Assembly: GCA_902516395.1 (NCBI GenBank)
Contig: CABXYN010000003.1
Coordinates: forward strand, 13,355-77,354
Length of the DNA: 64,000 nucleotides
Direction: 5' to 3'
Source: an uncultured Pelagibacteraceae bacterium
GTDB taxonomy: Bacteria > Pseudomonadota > Alphaproteobacteria > Pelagibacterales > Pelagibacteraceae
Part shown: in pieces, positions 48,741 through 58,089 of the stretch
Numbering within the stretch: position 1 is the first letter of the stretch
Layout: each line of letters opens with the position of its first letter
Notes under the pieces: generated by a model
The model's input: the letters and a program-made list of their open reading frames with translations, nothing else
Database searches by the model: none
Told to the model about the DNA's origin: nothing
Program-made: the position numbers and the translations under genes

Positions 48741-49904
48741 TTAGTAATTTACCTTATTTACAGTACTATCTATTACAATATTAGAAGTTACATCATTAAT
48801 ATCGTTTAATCCCACTAACCCGAGCGTCGTGCTGGCTTCTTCCTTGATTATTTCCACAATTCTCCTCAATCCTTTTTTTCCATCAGCTCCCATTGCGTAC
48901 ATTACGGGTCTACCAATCATTGCATAATCAGCACCAAATGCAAGTGCTCTTACAATATCACTTCCACTTCTTATTCCACTATCAAAAATTAAAGGGAAAT
49001 CACTACCTACTGACTTTCTTATTAATGGAAGCATATTTATTGCTGCTGTAGCGCTATCTAATTGTCTGCCTCCATGATTTGAAACTTGTATTGCATCAGC
49101 GCCAGCCTCCTTAATTTGTTTTGCATCGTCAGGAGACATTACTCCTTTAATTATAAGTTTACCTTTCCATTGATCTCTTACTCTCTTAAGTGTATCCCAA
49201 TCAGTAGAACCTCTACTTTCTTTTCTTTTAAAAATACCATCTCCACTTTTAGATGTTACGTAATTCATTGGTTTAGGAATGCCGCTTAGCAAAGTCGATA
49301 AAGACCAAGTAGGATGAGTTGCAAAATCAAAAAATTGTTTTGGACCAATCTTGAAAGGGTAGGAGAAACCATTTTTATCATCTCTAGTTCGTCTGGATAG
49401 TACTGGGACATCCACAGTTAATATTGCAACTTCGTATCCAGTATTCTTAGCTCTATCTAAAAGTTCCATAACAAAATTTTCATCCTGAAATATATATAGC
49501 TGCATCCATGAATGACCTTCTGAAAGTTCATACATTTTTTCTAAAGTTGTTGTAGAAGCCATAGAAACACACGTAGGAATATTATTTCTCGCACTTTCAG
49601 CTGCTAACATAGAGTCTGCTCCAGGCCATGATAAATTAGTCATTCCCATTGGAGCAAAACCAAATGGAAAATCAAATTCATAACCTAATACTTTCTTCTT
49701 AAGAGATCTTTTTTCAACATTTCTTAAAACTTTAGGTTCAAGTCTAATTTGATCTAAAGCTCTACTATTTATTTCTGCTAATTTTTCATCTCCTGATGCA
49801 CCATCAATAAAATCAAAAACTAATTTCGGAAGACGTTTTCGTGACAGTTCTCTTGCATCTTTTATACTAAAAATTTTTTGACTTGGTAAAATATTATCAC
49901 TCAT
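48741..49904 (-). CDS. FMN-dependent alpha-hydroxy acid dehydrogenase/oxidase (LldD/MdlB-like)
   Basis: FDFIDGA, APMG, QLY, LTVDVP, KGV, SNHGGRQLD, DSGIRSG.D, GRP. Confidence 0.92.
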   Translation of the reverse strand: MSDNILPSQKIFSIKDARELSRKRLPKLVFDFIDGASGDEKLAEINSRALDQIRLEPKVLRNVEKRSLKKKVLGYEFDFPFGFAPMGMTNLSWPGADSMLAAESARNNIPTCVSMASTTTLEKMYELSEGHSWMQLYIFQDENFVMELLDRAKNTGYEVAILTVDVPVLSRRTRDDKNGFSYPFKIGPKQFFDFATHPTWSLSTLLSGIPKPMNYVTSKSGDGIFKRKESRGSTDWDTLKRVRDQWKGKLIIKGVMSPDDAKQIKEAGADAIQVSNHGGRQLDSATAAINMLPLIRKSVGSDFPLIFDSGIRSGSDIVRALAFGADYAMIGRPVMYAMGADGKKGLRRIVEIIKEEASTTLGLVGLNDINDVTSNIVIDSTVNKVNY

Positions 49905-50589
49905 TATTAACTTTAATATATTCTTTTAAATTAAGTTGTTTATTTTGATCAACAAAATAAGCATTATGACTTTTTCTGGAAGAATAAACCTCTGTTGGTT
50001 TACCGTCAATAAAAAGTACCGCAACTCCATCATCAACAGCTATACCGCTAGGTAAAGTTTTATTTTTTATATTTTGTTTGTATTTATCTGCTCTTTTTGC
50101 ATCTGAATAATGTGGGGTAAAACTTCCAGATATAAGCCCAATACCATTTAATGATTTGAAGCCAGGTCCATCTGAGTCTGTCAGAAAATAATCAAACCAA
50201 CATGCAGCTCCGGCACTTACACCAGAAAGAATTATTCCAGAATTATAAACTTCTTTAAAAATTTCAAATAAATTATTTATTTTCCATAGGTCGAGCATGA
50301 ATTTAGTATTTCCTCCACCAACATAAATAGCATCTAAATTTGATATCCAGTTTTCAAAACCCTTAACTTTAGAGACAAGATTGAAATGAGAAACTTTAAA
50401 GTTAGTATTTTTAAATCTTTTATAGAATAGCTCAGTTTTTCTGGAATCATCATTACTAGCGGTTGGTAAAAATCCAATAGAGGAGTTTTTTTTACTTATT
50501 TGATCTAAAAAGAATTGATCTAGGTCTTTATCTTGGTTGTGTGTGAAACCTCCACCCCCAACTGCTATTATTTTTTTTTTACCCTTCAC
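49897..50589 (-). CDS. Peptidase E (S51)-like hydrolase
   Basis: PTAS.D, YVGGGNT, GVSAGA (Ser nucleophile), PHY; GTG start. Confidence 0.85.
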   Translation of the reverse strand: MKGKKKIIAVGGGGFTHNQDKDLDQFFLDQISKKNSSIGFLPTASNDDSRKTELFYKRFKNTNFKVSHFNLVSKVKGFENWISNLDAIYVGGGNTKFMLDLWKINNLFEIFKEVYNSGIILSGVSAGAACWFDYFLTDSDGPGFKSLNGIGLISGSFTPHYSDAKRADKYKQNIKNKTLPSGIAVDDGVAVLFIDGKPTEVYSSRKSHNAYFVDQNKQLNLKEYIKVNNE

Positions 50590-50602
50590 TAAATAAATTT
50601 TT

Positions 50603-51832
50603 TTAATTTGTGGTTTTAATACCAGGCCAAGGATTAGGCACTTTAGGAATATTTCTATTTAGACCTCTAACAATTTCTCCTTTTGCATCATACATTGGCA
50701 ATTTACAGATTTCTCCTTTATGTACTTTTCCATCAGTGCATTTAACATCGACAACATCTCCTGGTCCATTTTCACTATTATCGAGGTGTACAATACCAAC
50801 TCCACAAATTTGATATGGCGACCAAGTACTAGAAGTTATTTTACCAATATTTTTTTCATTTATTTTAATACTTTCACCTTTAATAGCAGTTCCCTCTTTA
50901 ACTCTAATTCCCCATGTCTTGCATTTTTTATCTGATGTCATGAGAGCTTCTTTTCCAATAAAATCTTCTTTATCAAAATTTATAAAACGCCCAAGACCAA
51001 CCGAAAATGGATTTGTTTTTTTTGTAAAATCTTGTCCTGCAGATAGTAGACCTGCCTCAATTCTTCTACATCTAAAACCTGGAGTGGCAACTAAAATCAT
51101 ACCTAATTTTTTTCCTTCCTCAAGAATGTAATCTCCTATTTTTTCAGTTTCATTTTCAGGTCGAAAATAAATTTCCCAACCTAACTCATTTGTAAAACCA
51201 CTTCGACTTACAATTACTCTTTGATCTAAGATTTGTAATTCTTTCCAATCAAAATATTTCCAGTCATTTTCAGAAAATCCATCTGCTATATTTTCTAACA
51301 GTTTCATTGATAAAGGACCCTGTATTTGGCTTACCCATACGTTAGGATCTTTTATTTCAACGTCCATATTTTTTGAGTGAGCTTTATACCACGAAAAAAG
51401 ATCTCCATCTGCTTGAGCAAACCAATATTTATCTTCTTCAATTTTTAATAAAACTCCGTCTGTAATCATTCCCCCATCGTGATAACAAGCAAACTGGTAA
51501 GAACATCTTCCTTTCGATATTTTTGATACATCTCTTGGAAATATTTTTTGTAATAATTTTAATGAGTCTGGGCCAGATATTTCAAATGGATGTTCACCAG
51601 TATGTCTAAATATTATTTCTTGTCTTCCTTTCCAATACATTTCCTCGGAACTAACATTTGACAATTTCTCAAGTGTTAATCTTCCAGCATAATTAGAATA
51701 TTCAGGGTCATAGGGAAGCTCTTGATAAGTTAGTGGATGAACTTGAATTGACCTTGCGAGCTCTACAGAGTTAGAATTTTCAAGGCTAATAGGCTTAACT
51801 GTAAACCTGTATTTATTGATTAAATCTTTCAT
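50603..51832 (-). CDS. GcvT/aminomethyltransferase family protein (probable THF-dependent demethylase)
   Basis: EISGPDS..LLQ, GGMITDG, QIQGP.S, SRSGFTNELGWEIY, RRIEAG, DFIGKEAL. Start likely MKDLINK (51832) rather than 51862. Confidence 0.82.
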   Translation of the reverse strand: MKDLINKYRFTVKPISLENSNSVELARSIQVHPLTYQELPYDPEYSNYAGRLTLEKLSNVSSEEMYWKGRQEIIFRHTGEHPFEISGPDSLKLLQKIFPRDVSKISKGRCSYQFACYHDGGMITDGVLLKIEEDKYWFAQADGDLFSWYKAHSKNMDVEIKDPNVWVSQIQGPLSMKLLENIADGFSENDWKYFDWKELQILDQRVIVSRSGFTNELGWEIYFRPENETEKIGDYILEEGKKLGMILVATPGFRCRRIEAGLLSAGQDFTKKTNPFSVGLGRFINFDKEDFIGKEALMTSDKKCKTWGIRVKEGTAIKGESIKINEKNIGKITSSTWSPYQICGVGIVHLDNSENGPGDVVDVKCTDGKVHKGEICKLPMYDAKGEIVRGLNRNIPKVPNPWPGIKTTN

Positions 51833-51893
51833 TACTTTTTTTAAATAATCAAAATACATCAATAAAACAAATAAAAAAGAACCATTTTCACTG

Positions 51894-51922
51894 TTGCTAT
51901 ATAAGTTGCTAATTGTTACCTT
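51894..51922 (+). promoter_or_regulatory. Putative sigma70 promoter of the dpp-like operon
   Basis: TTGCTA-N17-TACCTT with TG upstream of the -10 box, 24 nt before the ATG at 51947; GAGAGG SD follows. Confidence 0.4.
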
Positions 51923-51946
51923 TTATTTTTTTAAAGAGAGGAAATT

Positions 51947-53434
51947 ATGAAAAACATTTTTAAATTGATATCAGTTTCATTGGTATCACTATTTGTAACG
52001 TTTTCTTTTGCTAATGCATCAAGTGGAGTTTTTAAATTATCTCATGATGTTGGGTTTGGAAAAGATACAAATTTAGACGCAATTACTAAGGGACGACTGT
52101 TTCAGGTAGTAATAATGACACAGAACCGTCTTGTTAGAAAAGATCTTAAAGGGGTTACATCGCCTGAGCTAGCAACAGACTGGTCAGGAAATGCAGATGC
52201 AACAGAATGGACTTTTAACTTAAGAAAAGGTGTTAAATTCCATGATGGATCAGATTTTGATGCAGAGGATGTAAAATATTCTTTAATGAGAGTTAAAGAT
52301 CCTGAAATTGGTTCGCCTGCAAAGAAAAGTATGAGTGCAGTAACAGATATTGAGATTGTAGACTCACACACAGTTAAAATGAAGTTGAATACATCTTTTG
52401 CAGATTTTCCACTTTTACTAACTGATTATAGACTGAGAATGATACCTAGTGGATCAGGAGATACTATTGGAAAAACAGGTATTGGAACTGGACCTTTTAT
52501 AGTAGAAAAGTTTGATGCTGAGGGAACAACAATTCTTAAAGCAAACCCAGATTATTGGGAAGGGGCTCCTAAACTTGCTGAAGTACATGTAATAGCTATC
52601 CCAGATGGTCAAGCTAGAATTCAAGCTCTACTTACAGGCCAAATTGATATGAATAGATATGTTCCATTCAATCAGAAAAAAATATTTGATGGTAATTCAA
52701 AGTTTAACGTTTCAGTTATTCCTACAGGAAACTGGAGAGGTATGGTAATGAGAACTGACGTTGCGCCTTTTGATGACGTGAGAGTAAGAAAAGCTGTCAG
52801 AATAGCTGTAGATAGACAAGAATTAGTTGATCTTGTTATGGCTGGAGCAGCAACAGTATCTTGCGATACTCCTGTTGCACCTTCAGACCAATATAGAATG
52901 AAAAAGAGTTGTCCACCTCAACCAGCAACTGCAAAAAAATTACTTGCTGAGGCAGGTTATCCAGATGGAATAGATATGACAATTCACGTCTCTACAAAAG
53001 AACCAACTTGGCCAACTATTGCTGAGGTTTTACAACAACAATTTGCAAAAGCTAACATCAGAGCTGACATCCAAATGACACCTTCAAAAAGTTATTGGAA
53101 TGAAACTTGGATGAAAAAGGCTGTAGCAATGACACGTTGGAATGAAAGACCTGCAGACAGTATTTTGCACGAAGCTTATCATAGCGGAGCAAAATGGAAC
53201 GAGTCTTTCTATAAAAGTGCATCTTTTGACAAAAATTTAGCTGAAGCCAGAGGAGAGTTAAAATTTAGCAAAAGAAAAGCAGCATATATCAATGCTCAGA
53301 AAACACTATGGGAAGAGTCTGGAACTATGATTCCTTACCATGTATCTAGACTGGTTGTCACATCTTCTAAAGTGAAAAATCTCGATGAAGTTGAGTATTT
53401 TTCAATTAGATGGCACACAGTTAGCGTTCAATAA
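51947..53434 (+). CDS. ABC transporter substrate-binding protein, family 5 (Dpp/Opp/Nik-like)
   Basis: Signal peptide, PELATDW, WTFNLRKGVKFHDG, GTGPF, NPDYW, PFDDVRVRKA. Confidence 0.92.
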   Translation: MKNIFKLISVSLVSLFVTFSFANASSGVFKLSHDVGFGKDTNLDAITKGRLFQVVIMTQNRLVRKDLKGVTSPELATDWSGNADATEWTFNLRKGVKFHDGSDFDAEDVKYSLMRVKDPEIGSPAKKSMSAVTDIEIVDSHTVKMKLNTSFADFPLLLTDYRLRMIPSGSGDTIGKTGIGTGPFIVEKFDAEGTTILKANPDYWEGAPKLAEVHVIAIPDGQARIQALLTGQIDMNRYVPFNQKKIFDGNSKFNVSVIPTGNWRGMVMRTDVAPFDDVRVRKAVRIAVDRQELVDLVMAGAATVSCDTPVAPSDQYRMKKSCPPQPATAKKLLAEAGYPDGIDMTIHVSTKEPTWPTIAEVLQQQFAKANIRADIQMTPSKSYWNETWMKKAVAMTRWNERPADSILHEAYHSGAKWNESFYKSASFDKNLAEARGELKFSKRKAAYINAQKTLWEESGTMIPYHVSRLVVTSSKVKNLDEVEYFSIRWHTVSVQ

Positions 53435-53441
53435 TAATTTT

Positions 53442-53473
53442 GTTTTACAGGCCTTTAAGTAGGCCTGTAAAAC
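53442..53473 (+). terminator. Stem-loop after the family-5 binding protein gene (terminator or mRNA stabiliser)
   Basis: Perfect 13-bp inverted repeat GTTTTACAGGCCT-TTAAGT-AGGCCTGTAAAAC, followed by a pyrimidine-rich tract. Confidence 0.7.
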
Positions 53474-53516
53474 CTCTTTCATTTCTATATAAATAATTTA
53501 AAATTTAAGTATTCTT

Positions 53517-54473
53517 ATGCTTTTTTTAATTATAAAGAGAATTCTATTAGGTCTAATAACTTTATTTATCGTATCTCTAATCACTTTTGTTGGAACGGAA
53601 ATTTTACCTGGTGACGCTTGTACGACATATCTTGAAAGACAAGCATTTGGAGAACAATTAGAAGCTTGTTATAGAAGATTAGGTTTGAATGTTCCTGCAT
53701 ATGAGAGATATGTATCCTGGGCGGTAAATGCTATTCAAGGAGACTTTGGTTATTCATTGAGTGGAGAAATGCCGATCAAAGAGGTTCTAGGGCCACGTAT
53801 TAAAAATTCATTAGTTCTAGCCTCAGCTGCTATTTTTATTGGTATACCAATTGCTTTAATACTTGGAATTGTAACTGCTCTTTGGAGAGATAAATTACCT
53901 GATGTTGCAATTTCAACAGTAACTATATTTGCTATGACTATTCCAGAGTTTATCAGTGCTACTTTATTAATATTAATAATCGCAATATGGTTAGAGTGGT
54001 TACCGGGAATTGTAATTGTTCCAACTGATGTTTCATTATTAGAACTATTACCAAATATTATTTTACCAGTAATCGCTATTGCAATGATTATGACAGCGCA
54101 TATGGCTAGGATGGTGAGATCAAGCGTCATTCAAGTTATGGCAAGCGAATACGTCCAAATGGCAATTTTAAAAGGTGTTCCGTATTGGAAAATGGTTTTT
54201 AAACATGTTTTACCAAATGCGTTGTTACCCGCTATTAATGTTGTAGCTTTAACAATTGCATGGCTTTTAGGTGGTGTTGTTGTAACTGAGGTTGTATTTA
54301 ATTATCCTGGTCTTGGAAGGTTAGTTATTGAGTCTATTTCAAATAGAGATTTACCTACAGTTCAAGCATTAGCAATAATTCTTGCATCTATATATGTTAG
54401 TATAAATTTATTGGCGGATTTAATGACATTGATGCTCAACCCAAGATTAAAGACGTTACAGATAAGAAAATAA
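53517..54473 (+). CDS. DppB-like ABC permease
   Basis: LPGD, GDFGYS, IPEF, RMVRSS, KG....HVLPNA, FNYPGLG. Confidence 0.9.
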   Translation: MLFLIIKRILLGLITLFIVSLITFVGTEILPGDACTTYLERQAFGEQLEACYRRLGLNVPAYERYVSWAVNAIQGDFGYSLSGEMPIKEVLGPRIKNSLVLASAAIFIGIPIALILGIVTALWRDKLPDVAISTVTIFAMTIPEFISATLLILIIAIWLEWLPGIVIVPTDVSLLELLPNIILPVIAIAMIMTAHMARMVRSSVIQVMASEYVQMAILKGVPYWKMVFKHVLPNALLPAINVVALTIAWLLGGVVVTEVVFNYPGLGRLVIESISNRDLPTVQALAIILASIYVSINLLADLMTLMLNPRLKTLQIRK

Positions 54474-54474
54474 T

Positions 54475-55368
54475 ATGAAATTAGATAATATTTATCAGGA
54501 AGAAAAGAAAAGTAATTTCGCAAAGGTCTCTGAGATAATAATTACAATGGCCTCAAGACCATCAGGATTTATTGGTTTAAGTATACTGATTTTCCATGTA
54601 ATTCTTGCATTTATTAGTCCTTATGTTGCGCCATATGATTTTAAAGCAATAAACCCAACTTTAATGCTACAGGCTCCTTCTGCTGAGTATTGGTTTGGAA
54701 CTGATGATCTTGGAAGAGATGTTTTTACTAGAACAATTTTAGGTGGAAGAACAGCTTTAACAATTACCTTCTTTGGATCTTTGATAGCGCTACTTTGGGG
54801 TGGTCTATTAGGAATATTTTGTGGACTAGTTGGTGGAAAAACTGACGATATAGTTATGAGAATTGTTGATGCATTTTTATCTATACCGTGGATATTAGCA
54901 ATGTTGTTAATTGTTTCATTGTTAGGAACATCAACTGAAGTACTAATACCGGCTTTGGGTTTCTTTTATGGTAAAGGAATTGTAAGAGTAGCAAGAGCTG
55001 CAACCCATGATGTTATTGCGAAAGACTTTATTGTATCCGCTAGAGCAAGGGGTCACAGTAATTTTTCAATTATATGGAATGAGATAATTCCAAATGTAAG
55101 AGATGCAATTTTAGTGGAAGGTGCAATGAGATGGTCATGGATGCTACTTGGCTTTAGTTCTTTGTCATTTTTAGGTTTTGGTGTCAGTCCCCCAACTCCA
55201 GATTGGGGATTGATGATATCAAACGCCAGAGGTCTAATGTCTTTTGCTTATTGGTCAGTGATAGCTCCAATAGTTGGTTTAAGCAGCTTAATAATTGGTA
55301 TCAATTTGACAGCCGATGCTTTTGCTAAAGCATTAGGTATAGATAGATCAACAAAAGCTCCAGTTTAA
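54475..55368 (+). CDS. DppC-like ABC permease
   Basis: FGTDDLGRDVF.R, ARARG, LSFLGFG..PPTPDWG. Confidence 0.9.
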   Translation: MKLDNIYQEEKKSNFAKVSEIIITMASRPSGFIGLSILIFHVILAFISPYVAPYDFKAINPTLMLQAPSAEYWFGTDDLGRDVFTRTILGGRTALTITFFGSLIALLWGGLLGIFCGLVGGKTDDIVMRIVDAFLSIPWILAMLLIVSLLGTSTEVLIPALGFFYGKGIVRVARAATHDVIAKDFIVSARARGHSNFSIIWNEIIPNVRDAILVEGAMRWSWMLLGFSSLSFLGFGVSPPTPDWGLMISNARGLMSFAYWSVIAPIVGLSSLIIGINLTADAFAKALGIDRSTKAPV

Positions 55369-55370
55369 AA

Positions 55371-57398
55371 ATGACTGAAATAATTCAAAAAGTAAAAAAT
55401 TTATCCATTGGATTTAAAAGTAAAAAAGGTGAAGAGATTTTAATACTAAGAAACATAAGTACAAATATTAAAAAAGGTGAAACAGTTGGTATTGTTGGAG
55501 AGTCTGGATCTGGAAAAAGTACTCTAGCATTAGCAATGATGGGGTATGTCAAGCATGGTCTCTATACAATTGGTGGAGAATGTGAATTCAATTCCTCAAA
55601 TCTTTTAAAAATGAAAAATAGAGATTTGGAAAAAATCAGAGGTAGAAAAATAGCGATGATACCACAAAATGCTGGGCAGGCATTGACACCAAATTTAAAA
55701 ATAGGTTATCAAATTGATGAGGCATTACAGTTGCATTCTGATTTAAAAGAGGAAGAAAGAGAAAAAAAAATTTCTGAATTGTTAAATAAAGTGAGACTTC
55801 CTTCACCAGAAACAATTGCCCTTCGATATCCTCATGAACTTTCAGGAGGACAACAACAAAGAGTTGCGGTTGCAATGGCATTAGCTGGAACTCCTGATTT
55901 ACTTCTTTTAGATGAGCCCACTACTGGCTTAGATGTAACAACACAAGCTCACGTTTTAGAACTACTTAATTTCATTGCTAAGGATACAGGAACATCAATG
56001 GTTTATGTAAGCCATGACCTGGGAGCAATAGCTCAAGTAAGTGATCGTATTATCGTAATGTATTCTGGTGAAATAGTATTAGAAGGGCCCTCAAGAGATA
56101 TTCTTAAAAAACCAATTCATCCGTATACTTATGGTTTGCTCAAATCTATCCCAAAATTATCACTAGCAGGACTTCCACAATCAATGCCTGGTAGCCAACC
56201 TCAACCTGGAACAATACATAGGGGCTGCAGTTTCTTTGATAGGTGTGATTTTTCAGAAGAAAAATGTAAAAATAACTCACCTCAACTTGAGTACTTAGAG
56301 GAATTAAACACTAGTGTTAGATGTTTTAATCATAAGAGTTTAATGAATGACAGTCAGGTTAATCAAACTGTAAATGAAATTAAGACAAGTACACAGGATA
56401 AAGAAATATTAAACCTTTCAGAAGTTTCAATAAGTTACGCTAAACAAAAACTTTTAGACCAAGTATTAAATAGAATTTCTGATGACAACCCAACTGTTAA
56501 AGACATCAATATTAATATTAAGAAGGGTGAAACTATAGCTCTTGTTGGAGAGTCAGGTAGTGGAAAGTCAACAATTCTTAAATCTATTGCTGGGTTGCTC
56601 AGAACCAAAGGTGGAATAATAAAATTTGATCAAAATAGAAATTTATCATCTGACCTTAAAGAGAGAGATCCCAATGATTTAAGAATTATTCAATTAATTT
56701 TTCAAAATCCAGATGAGTCTTTAAACCCAAACCATACTGTTGAAGAAATAATAGCACAACCATTGAAGTTATATTTTGGTTTAAAGGGTGAAGAATTAAA
56801 AAAAAATATTATAGACCTATTACAAAAAGTAAGACTTGGAGAATTTTATATGTCTAGGTACCCTAGACAATTATCTGGTGGTGAAAAACAGAGAGTTGCA
56901 GTTGCAAGAGCTTTTGCAGCTAAACCAGATATTATATTATGTGATGAGGTAACATCTGCATTAGACGTATCAGTTCAGGCGGCCGTATTAAATTTGTTAC
57001 AACAACTTAAAGAAGATTTTGGAACTACATATATATTTGTATCTCATGATTTAGCTGTCGTAAGAGCTATAAGTGATAGAGTTGCTGTTCTTTATCAAGG
57101 AAGATTGTGTGAAGTGGGACCATCAAAAGATGTTTATCAATTTCCATCACACCCTTATACTGAGGTTTTATTAGGAGCAGTGTTGGAACCAGATCCAGAT
57201 ATCAAACCAAAATTAGTTGCCGAAGATATTGTTGAAGAAAAACCACCTCAAAAAGGATGTAGTTTTCAAGGGAGATGTTCAAGAATATTAGGTGATATTT
57301 GTAAAAATGAGGTACCAACATGGCAAATAACTAACAGTGGAAACTCCATCAGATGCCACATACCACTAAAAGAATTACAAAAAGACCAGATTAATTAA
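55371..57398 (+). CDS. Fused DppD/DppF ABC ATPase
   Basis: Two GESGSGKST Walker A motifs, two LSGG motifs, two HPYT/GC.F..RC oligopeptide C-terminal domains. Confidence 0.92.
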   Translation: MTEIIQKVKNLSIGFKSKKGEEILILRNISTNIKKGETVGIVGESGSGKSTLALAMMGYVKHGLYTIGGECEFNSSNLLKMKNRDLEKIRGRKIAMIPQNAGQALTPNLKIGYQIDEALQLHSDLKEEEREKKISELLNKVRLPSPETIALRYPHELSGGQQQRVAVAMALAGTPDLLLLDEPTTGLDVTTQAHVLELLNFIAKDTGTSMVYVSHDLGAIAQVSDRIIVMYSGEIVLEGPSRDILKKPIHPYTYGLLKSIPKLSLAGLPQSMPGSQPQPGTIHRGCSFFDRCDFSEEKCKNNSPQLEYLEELNTSVRCFNHKSLMNDSQVNQTVNEIKTSTQDKEILNLSEVSISYAKQKLLDQVLNRISDDNPTVKDININIKKGETIALVGESGSGKSTILKSIAGLLRTKGGIIKFDQNRNLSSDLKERDPNDLRIIQLIFQNPDESLNPNHTVEEIIAQPLKLYFGLKGEELKKNIIDLLQKVRLGEFYMSRYPRQLSGGEKQRVAVARAFAAKPDIILCDEVTSALDVSVQAAVLNLLQQLKEDFGTTYIFVSHDLAVVRAISDRVAVLYQGRLCEVGPSKDVYQFPSHPYTEVLLGAVLEPDPDIKPKLVAEDIVEEKPPQKGCSFQGRCSRILGDICKNEVPTWQITNSGNSIRCHIPLKELQKDQIN

Positions 57399-57454
57399 AG
57401 TTTTATATTTATTATTTTAAATTTGTATTTAAGTATGTTTAAATACGTTCTGAG

Positions 57455-58018
57455 ATGAAAAATAACTCTACATTGATTAAAAATTTATTATCTGATTTTA
57501 GAATAAATATTTATTTTCAAAATATTTCTTTGATGTTAATAGGCACACTTATCCTAGCTTTTTCGTCAAAAGTTCAAGTTCCATTTTGGCCAGTTCCAAT
57601 GACGATGCAAACTTTTGCAGTTTTTATAATTGGAATGACATTTGGGTCAAAGTTAGCATTTTTTACACTCTTATTATATCTCTTCGAAGGAGCTATTGGG
57701 CTTCCAGTTTTTGCAAAAGGTGGTGGATTACTCTATTTAACAGGTCCAACAGCGGGCTATCTTTATGGAATGACCATTGCAGCGGGTGTTGTGGGTTATT
57801 TAGCAGAAAGAAATTTTAACGATTCTTATATCAAAAGTTTATTTTCTCTTTTGCTAGCAACCTCTATTATTTTTATTGTTGGGGTGGGTTATTTGGGTTC
57901 AGTTATCGGTTATGAAAAGGCTTTAGCTGGTGGTCTATATCCTTTTTTACCAAGTGAATTATTCAAAATCGCTCTTGCAGTGGCAATAATTCCATCAATT
58001 ACAAAAATAATTAAATAA
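57455..58018 (+). CDS. bioY: Biotin transporter BioY
   Basis: PVPMTMQTF, GAIGLPVFA, GPTAGYL.G, PF...E..K. Confidence 0.9.
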   Translation: MKNNSTLIKNLLSDFRINIYFQNISLMLIGTLILAFSSKVQVPFWPVPMTMQTFAVFIIGMTFGSKLAFFTLLLYLFEGAIGLPVFAKGGGLLYLTGPTAGYLYGMTIAAGVVGYLAERNFNDSYIKSLFSLLLATSIIFIVGVGYLGSVIGYEKALAGGLYPFLPSELFKIALAVAIIPSITKIIK

Positions 58019-58046
58019 TAATAATATAATATTTGATGCCTTTAAG

Positions 58047-58075
58047 TTGCTCTTGAATAAGATATTCATTATAAA
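58047..58075 (+). promoter_or_regulatory. Putative sigma70 promoter of the fadN-like gene, with an inverted repeat in the spacer
   Basis: TTGCTC-N17-TATAAA; the spacer contains TGAATA-AGA-TATTCA (58054-58068). Confidence 0.35.
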
Positions 58076-58089
58076 CTTTTATTCTCATT

